Positions 1-8,247 of a DNA stretch of 64,000 nucleotides are shown here, piece by piece (position 1 is the stretch's first letter; every line of letters starts with the position of its first letter). This stretch comes from Candidatus Pacearchaeota archaeon. GTDB taxonomy: Archaea > Nanobdellota > Nanobdellia > Pacearchaeales > GW2011-AR1. The notes below the pieces were generated by a model. The model was not told where the DNA came from. It worked only from the letters and a program-made list of their open reading frames with translations, and made no database searches. The stretch is from contig JBAZNI010000001.1 in NCBI GenBank assembly GCA_041649295.1, positions 76,720 to 140,719 of the forward strand, given 5' to 3'. Position numbers and translations under genes: made by a program.

Positions 1-713
1 AGGATAATTAAAAGTATACAGAATAGGGCAAATCCATATATCGCATACTCTTTTATTTTCTGGTTATTTGACTTAAACAATACTTCACTCTCATCGCCGG
101 TTTTTATACTTTTTGGCACTAGGTAGATTATATTCGACTGGTTATTTTTTTCTTCAGCATTAGTATAAGTGGTGTTTTCATAGATTATTTCGTTGCCATC
201 TTTTTTAATATTCCCCTCTTCTCTGTCTTCGTCTTCTGTCGTTGTTTTGTTGATTTTATCTTTTTCATTATTTTCTGAAAAATCTTCTGGCAGGCATTTA
301 TTTTCTGCATCTTTTGTGCCTTCAACAAAAACCCACTCACTACTGCAAAAGTTCCAGGTTTTTCCACTGTCAAAAATATCTTTTAATATAATCGTTTCGC
401 TGATTAAATCATTTCCCCTATATAAGGAAACTTTTTCACCTTCATTATCCAGCCACTGGTTTTTGAATGTCCATGTTAAGTATCCTTCGAGTATTCCAGA
501 CAAAATAACTTCTTCTCCATCGCCATTTACTAATTTATACTCTGCTAAATCCACTTGTTCTTTGCTGTATAACTCAACCCATTCATTTTTTATGTCTGTG
601 CCAGCAGGATTTAATTCCACCTCGCTGATAATCACAGATAAAACAAATTGAGTATAAAGTAAAAAAATAATAGCTATCCCCAAACACCTGAGATTTCCTT
701 TCCACATGAGCAT
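1..713 (-). CDS. Partial secreted or membrane-anchored protein with a lamin-tail-domain-like motif; extends past the window start
   Basis: Manual minus-strand translation from ATG at 713 (second Met at 707): signal/TM segment CLGIAIIFLLYTQFVLSVIIS, then VELNPAGTDIKNEWVELYS (LTD-like), acidic spacer, C-terminal hydrophobic YAIYGFALFCILLII. No stop before position 1. Overlaps the stop of the next gene by about 40 nt. The ORF track missed it because it is open-ended. Confidence 0.45.
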   Translation of the reverse strand, partial: MLMWKGNLRCLGIAIIFLLYTQFVLSVIISEVELNPAGTDIKNEWVELYSKEQVDLAEYKLVNGDGEEVILSGILEGYLTWTFKNQWLDNEGEKVSLYRGNDLISETIILKDIFDSGKTWNFCSSEWVFVEGTKDAENKCLPEDFSENNEKDKINKTTTEDEDREEGNIKKDGNEIIYENTTYTNAEEKNNQSNIIYLVPKSIKTGDESEVLFKSNNQKIKEYAIYGFALFCILLII

Positions 714-1669
714 TTTCCTTCACTTAAAAAATTATGAACCCCTTCTTTATCCCTTACTATTGCAGGTTTTTTGCAATTGGGGCAAAAAGTCGTATTTTCT
801 TCTATAAGTGAAGTGTTGCTGATATAAACATAATCTAATCCTGCGTCAAGTGCAATTTTTCTTGCTTTTTTTAATAATTCTGGGGAAGTTGGTTCTCTGA
901 ATCCGTCTTTTGGAAAATAAGCAAGAAGATGGAGGGGGACACTATTTGAAAGATTGCTTAACATCCATGAAATTAATCTTCTTACCCCATAAAGCGAATC
1001 ATTAACATCAGGTATTAGCATCATTTTTATTTCAACCCAAACTCCTGCATCATAAAAAGTTTTAATAGTATCAAGAACCAAATCCAAATCTCCGTTCCAT
1101 AATTCTTTGTAATGTTCTGCATTCATTGTTCTTATTGTAATACTTACTCCGTGAATTTTTTCTGAAAGCGCCTTTGCAGCAGGCTTGTTAATATACCCGC
1201 TTGTTTCTACTACGTGCTTTTCTTTTTTACCTGTAACTGCAACATCTTCAAGATATTCATAAAAGATAATTGGTTCTCCTTTGTAAATTATAATTTTTGT
1301 TCCTGTTTTTTTTATCTGCTTTATAATCTGGGATGGGGTACGAATCATTGAAGGGATATTTTCAAGTTCTTCATTGTCAAATGGCTTTTCAAAAAAATCA
1401 GATTTTAATAAAGTTCCTGGAAGAGAAAGGCTTAAACTATCGCTGTTGGGAAGAAAATGAAACATACCAGCATCTTCAATTTTTTCATAAATAGATGTAT
1501 GCACTTTTCCGTAATTCATTGATTTTAAGTTTCCATTTATATTCTGTCTTACTTTACATATCCCTGCCTCTCCGTTTCCGATAATACATGAGTGCGGGCA
1601 TAAAAGGCAGTGTATTTTTTTATCAGCTATTTTTTTATAATAGCTTCCCTCTTTAAATCTAAAACCCAT
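674..1669 (-). CDS. AmmeMemoRadiSam/PflA-like protein lacking the CX3CX2C radical-SAM cluster motif (probable pseudoenzyme)
   Basis: N-terminal CLLCPHSCIIGNGEAGICKVR zinc-ribbon typical of AmmeMemoRadiSam enzymes. The region expected to hold GCNLRC..C reads LPGTLLKSDFF with no cysteines. C-terminal CPNC...CSCG ribbon retained. Confidence 0.6.
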   Translation of the reverse strand: MGFRFKEGSYYKKIADKKIHCLLCPHSCIIGNGEAGICKVRQNINGNLKSMNYGKVHTSIYEKIEDAGMFHFLPNSDSLSLSLPGTLLKSDFFEKPFDNEELENIPSMIRTPSQIIKQIKKTGTKIIIYKGEPIIFYEYLEDVAVTGKKEKHVVETSGYINKPAAKALSEKIHGVSITIRTMNAEHYKELWNGDLDLVLDTIKTFYDAGVWVEIKMMLIPDVNDSLYGVRRLISWMLSNLSNSVPLHLLAYFPKDGFREPTSPELLKKARKIALDAGLDYVYISNTSLIEENTTFCPNCKKPAIVRDKEGVHNFLSEGKCSCGKEISGVWG

Positions 1670-1801
1670 ATCTTTCCAAGGAAAAATATGTTTATTAATT
1701 TTTATGTTCTAGGATTAAATCTTATAAGATTAATATCCTCTTTAATATGAGAGAAAAAGATATGTTTTAAAGTATTATTGCTATTTAATATGGATTGATA
1801 A

Positions 1802-2188
1802 TCATTCAATTAACTGCCCTAATCTCTTGCCAATTGCATTTGCATCTTCTAACTTAATAACCCAGTTTTTTTCAGTAGGGTTCATTTTATCAGGATTAAG
1901 AAAAACCCACCCATTTCTAATAAACTTTACAGCAATAACTGGCGTTAATCCCATCATTTCTGAAAAAATCATAAAATCATTCATCTGTTCTTTGCTTATA
2001 TATAGTGTGCTTTTTCTTGTTGATTTGCATTCTATTGCAAGTTTTCTTTGTTTTGTTCCTGCAATTAAATCACACGGAGAATCGTCATTTACTCCGCTTC
2101 CAGCAACTCGTGCTGCTCTCCACCCATTTTCACTAAACATCTTTAGCAGTTCTCTTTCATTATTACTTCCTTTGTGTTTGTTTGCCAT
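1802..2188 (-). CDS. hjc: Holliday junction resolvase Hjc
   Basis: KGSNNERELLKMFSENGWRAARVAGSG...ECKSTRKSTLYISKEQ matches archaeal Hjc. Likely start at internal Met (MANKHKG) with a TATA-like element about 25 nt upstream. Confidence 0.8.
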   Translation of the reverse strand: MANKHKGSNNERELLKMFSENGWRAARVAGSGVNDDSPCDLIAGTKQRKLAIECKSTRKSTLYISKEQMNDFMIFSEMMGLTPVIAVKFIRNGWVFLNPDKMNPTEKNWVIKLEDANAIGKRLGQLIE

Positions 2189-2359
2189 GACACAGATATA
2201 ATTATTAATATATATAAATCTAAGTTTAAACTCTAAGAGCATAACACTAATAGCCCTTTTGAATAGGTAGTAATAGAGGTTATGTCGAATTTTAAAATCA
2301 GGTAAAAAGAAAAATGCCCCTTAGAAAAGTTTAAATAAATGTCTTAGTAATATAGAAGT

Positions 2360-2674
2360 ATGACAATATTAGATAACCAAGTTTTTGTCTTTATTCTATT
2401 GATAGTCATCGCACTTCCATCAATAATATGGGGGGTTTATATATTTAAAACAACAAAAAAAATTGTAGATTTATTGAATAAGAAATATAAATACAATTTG
2501 AGCTATTCTAATATTTACTTCATACATGCTAAGTTGTTTTGGAATATTTCATCATATCCAAAAGAAGTGCAAAAAATTTATAAACCAGTTAGAAAAATGG
2601 CAATAATCCTTTATTCAATAGGTATACTTGTAATTATATCATTAATTACTTATTTGCTCATTATTTCTAACTGA
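2360..2674 (+). CDS. Small membrane protein, hypothetical
   Basis: Two predicted TM helices; no recognisable family. Confidence 0.3.
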   Translation: MTILDNQVFVFILLIVIALPSIIWGVYIFKTTKKIVDLLNKKYKYNLSYSNIYFIHAKLFWNISSYPKEVQKIYKPVRKMAIILYSIGILVIISLITYLLIISN

Positions 2675-2699
2675 AGATGTAACGGCATTTTCAAAAACT

Positions 2700-3080
2700 T
2701 TGATTTTTTGCCTTCGGCATCGTTGCGCTTTCGGAAAGTTATTTAAACATAAAGATTTTATTTTCTATAATATGAAATATTGGTTAAAAGGAGGATTTAT
2801 TCTTTCTGGAATTTTTTGGGCTATAATATTCATCAATTACATAATTATGTCTTTTAATATGGGTTGTTCTACATCTCCCTTTGAAATGTTAAATATTGGT
2901 GGACCCAATTGTTCATGGGGATTTCAGAATTCATCTGTTTTAATCAATTCCTTTGAAATTTTTATTCAAATCCTTCTTTTTCTGTTTTTATTAGCTATTT
3001 TAAGCATCCCTTTTTTCTTAATCGGAGCTTTAATAGGCCGGATAATTAGTAAAATTAAATCTTCTAAAAGGCGATCATAA
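2700..3080 (+). CDS. Membrane protein, hypothetical
   Basis: Hydrophobic TM segments; no family recognised. Confidence 0.3.
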   Translation: MIFCLRHRCAFGKLFKHKDFIFYNMKYWLKGGFILSGIFWAIIFINYIIMSFNMGCSTSPFEMLNIGGPNCSWGFQNSSVLINSFEIFIQILLFLFLLAILSIPFFLIGALIGRIISKIKSSKRRS

Positions 3081-3082
3081 AT

Positions 3083-3724
3083 TTAATTTTCTTCCCTTTT
3101 TCTTCTCACATGAATTATGAAAATAGCAACAATTGCTCCGAGTGTGTTAAAAACTAAATCAAGTGCTGTATTAAAGTAACCTCCAACACCTGTTTCAGGA
3201 ACAGCAACAACTGCGCTAAACTCTACAATTTCATTCAAAGCTCCTAACCCCATTGCAGTTAAGATTATAATAGCATAAACAACTTTGTAATTTGTTTTAT
3301 TGTTTAAATACGGTTTTAACAAGTGCCATGTAATTAAAGCTGTTACCCCAAAACCAATAAAATGAACTAGCTGATCAAATTTGAATATTTTAATTGCCTC
3401 AATGCAATTTCCTGCCCCAGTAATCACTACTTTTTGCGTGTCGACTAAATTAACTATATTTAGGGTATAAAGAACACTGCCATTTGGAAGTTTTAACCCC
3501 CCTCCGCATAAGTGCATAATTGCCCATAAAGTCAGTCCCCCCAAAATCCAGTAGTCAAATTTTGTTTTATTCCAAGTAGCGAGTATTAAAACAAAAAATA
3601 AAACAATTACCCCGATATAAATAATAAACTCATAATTTGCAATATTCCAGTAGTATATTGTAAAACCAATTATAAATAGTAAATTTACAATAAACAAAAA
3701 CCACTCACCTTTTTTTAAGTGCAT
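3083..3724 (-). CDS. Polytopic membrane protein, unknown function
   Basis: About 6 TM helices; GLGALNEIVEF motif; no confident family. Confidence 0.4.
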   Translation of the reverse strand: MHLKKGEWFLFIVNLLFIIGFTIYYWNIANYEFIIYIGVIVLFFVLILATWNKTKFDYWILGGLTLWAIMHLCGGGLKLPNGSVLYTLNIVNLVDTQKVVITGAGNCIEAIKIFKFDQLVHFIGFGVTALITWHLLKPYLNNKTNYKVVYAIIILTAMGLGALNEIVEFSAVVAVPETGVGGYFNTALDLVFNTLGAIVAIFIIHVRRKREEN

Positions 3725-3774
3725 GTTCTAAAAAGGTAAGAAATATTTATAAATGTATAGTTGCAGAGAAACTA

Positions 3775-4203
3775 ATGATAACTCGAGTTTGTGCATTAGA
3801 TATTTATGGAACTGTTTTGGACAGTGAAGATGTGGATAATGCAATGCCTGTCAGAGATGGTTTTCAAGTTTTTGTAAGAAACTGCCAGAAGAGCAAAATT
3901 CTCCTTGTCAGTATTTCAGACCAACCTGAAATAAATGTTAAGCTTGATTTAGACAAGCCATTTAGAAAAGCAAAGTTATCAATAGATATTTTTAATAGAT
4001 ATTATCAATTAACAACTATTCCAAAAGACGTTAGACAAATTTTACAAGATTATAGATTAACTCCAGAATAATTATTTGTTATCGGAGATAGTTATAAAAA
4101 AGATATTGAAGGTGCAAAAAATTTGGGATGTTCTACTTTACATGTTCCAGAATATGGCAGGTTAAGATTTCCTTTTGATTTTTCACAAGTAGAAATTCCT
4201 TAA
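3775..4203 (+). pseudogene. Small HAD-superfamily hydrolase interrupted by an in-frame TAA (4069-4071)
   Basis: Motif I DIYGTV at N-terminus. After the TAA the same frame continues LFVIGDSYKKDIEGAKNLGC (HAD motif IV) to a stop at 4201-4203. Confidence 0.5.
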
Positions 4204-4243
4204 TCACATAAATATTTAAAAAGGGCATGTATCAGATATTCAG

Positions 4244-4705
4244 ATGGCAATATCAGCAAGAGAACCTTCTGCACATTACGAAGAACCATCTTTTTATCTA
4301 CATGAAGGGAAAACTATTGGAGATGTTGAGGGGACTTTAGAGGATTATTTTAGCAAATTCCATGGAGGTTTCACAAAAACTAGGGAAGGGTATTCATTTA
4401 GACTTCGTAAACATTGGTATAATTCCAAAGTTACCTTAACTGGAGAAGAAAGGGATACAGGGGGGCTTCCAAGAAAAGCAGTATTGGTAAAGTTGTCTCT
4501 CGATATAACTCCTAAAGGCAATTTGCGTGAAAAATCAGTCAGAAGAATACATAATAAAATTTCGAGAGAGTTACCATCATACTTAGCCAGATTAAAGATG
4601 CAAATAGATACTTCTGAATCTACACTTCCAGTGTCTGTTGGTTTTTTGTCTTGTCGTCCTAGTTATAGGAGGGTTCAATCGTTTTTATCTGAACTTTTTA
4701 CTTAA
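4244..4705 (+). CDS. Hypothetical protein (GC-richer than neighbours)
   Basis: 153-aa ORF with coherent composition; no family recognised. Confidence 0.4.
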   Translation: MAISAREPSAHYEEPSFYLHEGKTIGDVEGTLEDYFSKFHGGFTKTREGYSFRLRKHWYNSKVTLTGEERDTGGLPRKAVLVKLSLDITPKGNLREKSVRRIHNKISRELPSYLARLKMQIDTSESTLPVSVGFLSCRPSYRRVQSFLSELFT

Positions 4706-4735
4706 TCAATAAATTTATATCTTATAATTTTAATT

Positions 4736-4924
4736 TCACAAATCTCTTCCAAGCAAAGTTCTCCTGTTGTTTGCTTTAGCTCTTTTAATTGATTTATCAA
4801 GTATATCAAGAACAACTCTTTCTAACTCATTTCCTACATCTGCAGCAACACTTGTTATAGTTTTTTCTTTATCAAGTTCGCCTATAATTGCTTTTATATT
4901 ATTTTTCTTGATTAACGTTGGCAT
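4736..4924 (-). CDS. Archaeal histone-fold protein
   Basis: 62 aa; IKAIIGEL...VAADVGNELERVVLDILDKSIKRAKANNRRTLLGRDL resembles archaeal histone HMf-type fold (RKTI..D C-terminal motif). Confidence 0.55.
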   Translation of the reverse strand: MPTLIKKNNIKAIIGELDKEKTITSVAADVGNELERVVLDILDKSIKRAKANNRRTLLGRDL

Positions 4925-5107
4925 TTTATCTGTCCGGTTTTATTGTTATTGAAATTGTATTAATTAGTATTAAAGCAACTAACCCAATAAGGGATAAGTT
5001 CATCTGCATTATACTAAAACATTGAGTATTAATAACACTTATGGATATATAAGCAAAGATTAGAAAATTTATAAATGTTCCCCACCAGTAACAAATCTAT
5101 ATTCATC

Positions 5108-5209
5108 TTAAATTAATTCTCTAATTATCCCATATATAAGGACAATCGCTGCAAAGATTCCAATAGCCCATGCAATATAGTACAAAACATTCATTTTTTT
5201 CTTGCTCAT
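5108..5209 (-). CDS. 33-aa single-TM micro-protein, ATGA-overlapped with lysS stop
   Basis: MSKKKMNVLYYIAWAIGIFAAIVLIYGIIRELI. Its start codon overlaps the lysS TGA by 4 nt (ATGA). Confidence 0.25.
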   Translation of the reverse strand: MSKKKMNVLYYIAWAIGIFAAIVLIYGIIRELI

Positions 5210-6702
5210 TTTTCCTCCTTATTTTCTTTTTCAGGTTTCATAAATGGAAACAAAATAACATCTCTTATTGATTCTTGTCCTGTTAAAAGAATAATCATCC
5301 TGTCAATTCCTAATCCTAAACCCCCTGTTGGAGGCATGCCAATTTCAAGGGCATTTACAAAATCTTCATCATATGGATTTGCTTCTTTATTTCCCTTTGA
5401 AAGTTTTTTCTCCTGCTCTTCTAAAAGTTTTCTTTGTTTTTCAGGGTCATTTAATTCAGAATACGCATTTCCTAGTTCTGTTCCAAGGCAAAAAGGTTCA
5501 AACCTTTCTATTAATCTGCAGTTAGCATCATTTCTATGCCCCTTGCATAACGGAGTTGATTCGCAGGGATGGTCAATTATAAATGTTGGCTGGATTATTT
5601 TATCTTCGCAAAAATGCTCAAATATTGCACAGACATAATTTCCCCAAGAATCTTCTTTTACTTCAATTTTTTCTTTATTAACAAATTTTTTAAGTTCTTC
5701 CTTAGACATTTTATCAACATCAATTTTTGCAAATTTTTTAATTGCTTCAGCCATTGTCATTCTTTTCCACGGAGCTTTAAAATCAATATCTTTTCCCTGA
5801 ACAGTTATTTTAGTAGTTCCATTAACTTTTTTGCACGCATATTCATAAATTTCTTCGAATAAATTCATCATATCATTATAATCTGCATATGCCTGGTATA
5901 TTTCCATCATTGTGAATTCAGGATTATGCCATTTGTCAATTCCTTCATTCCTGAAATTTCTTGCAATTGTGAACACTTTTTCATAACCTCCAACAATTAA
6001 TCTTTTTAAATAAAGTTCAGGGGAAATTGCCAAGAATAGATTCAAGTTAAGAGCATTTAAGTGAGTTTCAAAAGGGCGCGCTTCTGCACCTCCATAAATT
6101 GTTTGCAAATAAGGGGTATCAACTTCTGAGAAATGTTTATTCTTTAAAAATTCTCTTATAGAATCAATAATCTTTTCTCTTTTCAAAAAAACTTCTTTTA
6201 CTTCAGGATTCATAACTAAATCTAAATATCTCTTTCTGTACCTTTCTTCTTTATCTTGTAGTCCGTGCCATTTTTCAGGAAGGGGTTTAATTGATTTGCT
6301 TAGAATTTCTGCTTTGTTAACTAATACTGATAGCTCCCCTGTTTTTGTTTTTACTATTATTCCTTGTATTCCTATAAAATCCCCACTGTCAAGATATTTT
6401 CTAAAGAACTCCCTTGTTTTTTCAGGAGTTTCTCCTTCCTGAACAATAACTTGTATCTTTCCATTAAAATCCTGCAGTGTTGCAAAAATAATTTTTCCCA
6501 AATCTCTTTTATTCATTAGTCTTCCAGCTATCTTAACAGAATCTTTTGTTTTTGAATCTTTTTTTAATCCAGAGTATTTTTCCTGCAATTCCTTGGTTGA
6601 ATTTTTTTTATCGAATTTATACGGGTAAGGGTTTATTCCATGATTTCTTAACTCTTCAATTTTCTTTTTTCTATTTTCAATAATCTGCTCTTCTCTCCCC
6701 AT
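5206..6702 (-). CDS. lysS: Lysyl-tRNA synthetase, class II
   Basis: OB anticodon-binding domain plus class II core motifs (FRNEG, GLGIDRMIILL, C-terminal ILFPFMKP). Confidence 0.9.
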   Translation of the reverse strand: MGREEQIIENRKKKIEELRNHGINPYPYKFDKKNSTKELQEKYSGLKKDSKTKDSVKIAGRLMNKRDLGKIIFATLQDFNGKIQVIVQEGETPEKTREFFRKYLDSGDFIGIQGIIVKTKTGELSVLVNKAEILSKSIKPLPEKWHGLQDKEERYRKRYLDLVMNPEVKEVFLKREKIIDSIREFLKNKHFSEVDTPYLQTIYGGAEARPFETHLNALNLNLFLAISPELYLKRLIVGGYEKVFTIARNFRNEGIDKWHNPEFTMMEIYQAYADYNDMMNLFEEIYEYACKKVNGTTKITVQGKDIDFKAPWKRMTMAEAIKKFAKIDVDKMSKEELKKFVNKEKIEVKEDSWGNYVCAIFEHFCEDKIIQPTFIIDHPCESTPLCKGHRNDANCRLIERFEPFCLGTELGNAYSELNDPEKQRKLLEEQEKKLSKGNKEANPYDEDFVNALEIGMPPTGGLGLGIDRMIILLTGQESIRDVILFPFMKPEKENKEEK

Positions 6703-6968
6703 AATCTATTAAGAAAGATTTAGTTTAAATAACTTATCTAATGCTGGAAACATAAATTGATATGTATTTTAATAAATGTATTATATGTGGTATTTTTATA
6801 TCCGCATATATTCTTTAACTAAAAATTCAATAAACTTTTTTTGAGTATTAAATATAATTTTTATAGCATAATACCCTCTTTAGATGTTTTAAAATATTTA
6901 TCGCCAGTTACTGCACTTAGTTGTATAAAATATAACCTTAATTCATATTGAATCCTTCATATGGCAAA

Positions 6969-7244
6969 TTAAAGGTGTAATATCTTGAAATCTTTAAAGT
7001 CCTGAAATGTGGATTCGCTTATTTCAACACTTTTAATTTTCGCGTGCTTTGGCCCTTCTTTGCATATCTCGCACATTTTATCGACTGATTCTATATCCCC
7101 TTCAAGGAATACTTCAACTGCACCATTATCAAGATTTCTTACATAGCCCCCTAAACGAAGTTTGTCAGCATTCCCTTTAATAAAATCCCTGAAAAATATT
7201 CCCTGCACAGTCCCCTTTATAATTGTTTTTACTGCTTTTTTCAT
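6969..7244 (-). CDS. acyP: Acylphosphatase
   Basis: VQGIFFRDF...GYVRNLDNGAVEV canonical acylphosphatase signatures, 91 aa. Confidence 0.85.
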   Translation of the reverse strand: MKKAVKTIIKGTVQGIFFRDFIKGNADKLRLGGYVRNLDNGAVEVFLEGDIESVDKMCEICKEGPKHAKIKSVEISESTFQDFKDFKILHL

Positions 7245-7361
7245 ATATTAACCTAACTAAATGACTATTTATTAAATCTATTGTTTTATAGATGTGCTGT
7301 TTGCTTAGAGGTATTTATAAATCACAACAAACCTTATTAATTCTCAAGCATTAAAAAAGTA

Positions 7362-8102
7362 ATGGAAATAAAAGAGGGAAGGATATTTACAGGAAGTTTT
7401 GATTTGGATAAATGGTTAAATGGGGGTTATGAAACCGATATAATAACAACCATTTATGGTCCAGCAGGAAGCGGAAAAACAAACTTCTGCATTTCTGCGG
7501 CAGTTTCTGCCTGCAAGGAAAAGAAAGTGATATTTATTGATACAGAAGGGGGTTTTTCTATTGAAAGATTTAAACAAATCGCAGGGGAGAGCTACAAATC
7601 TTTTTTATCAAATTTACTTATATTAAAACCAACTTCTTTTAGCGAGCAAAAAAAAGATTTCAGCCTTTTATTAAAAAATATAAATGAAGGGAATATTGGA
7701 TTAATAATTGTCGACGGAATGACTATGCTTTATCGTTTGGAGCTTGCAGATGCATGCAACAGTTCAGATGAATTTAGAATAAGATTAACTAATAAGGAGT
7801 TGGCAAAGCAGTTAAGGATATTGTCAGAGATTGCAAGGAAAAAAAATATCCCTATACTGATTACAAACCAGATTTATTATGATTTTCTTTCAAAAGAAGA
7901 TTTTCAAAATGGAAAAGAAAAAAAAGCAAATATGGTTGGGGGAGATTTGCTGAAATACTGGAGCAAGTGCCTGATCGAACTTCAGAATAATAACGGAAAA
8001 AGAAAAGCACTCTTAGTAAAGCACCGAAATATTCCTGAGGGGGAATTTGCTTTTTCAATCGGGAATTCAGGAATTAAAAGAAGAGGAATATTTGAGTTCT
8101 AA
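7362..8102 (+). CDS. radB: RecA-superfamily recombinase paralog RadB
   Basis: Walker A GPAGSGKTNFC, RecA-fold core, no N-terminal HhH domain, 246 aa. Confidence 0.75.
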   Translation: MEIKEGRIFTGSFDLDKWLNGGYETDIITTIYGPAGSGKTNFCISAAVSACKEKKVIFIDTEGGFSIERFKQIAGESYKSFLSNLLILKPTSFSEQKKDFSLLLKNINEGNIGLIIVDGMTMLYRLELADACNSSDEFRIRLTNKELAKQLRILSEIARKKNIPILITNQIYYDFLSKEDFQNGKEKKANMVGGDLLKYWSKCLIELQNNNGKRKALLVKHRNIPEGEFAFSIGNSGIKRRGIFEF

Positions 8103-8247
8103 CAGATGTTATATATAAGGTTAATCTTTAGAAGTGCATAAAAAATTGTATATCTAAAAGGGCATATTTAGATTAAAATCTTATTAATCCGAATATATAA
8201 CTCCGCTTTCCATAATATTTAAATACCCCAATAAATTAATTAATTTA

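Noticed and set aside
193-651. Plus-strand 152-aa ORF at the window start
   Set aside because: Low-complexity S/L/F-rich translation. It lies antisense to a much better minus-strand LTD-like gene that runs off the window.
1827-2201. 124-aa plus-strand ORF
   Set aside because: Antisense to hjc; hydrophobic low-complexity; no support.
5328-5862. Three plus-strand ORFs inside lysS
   Set aside because: Antisense shadows of the lysyl-tRNA synthetase gene.
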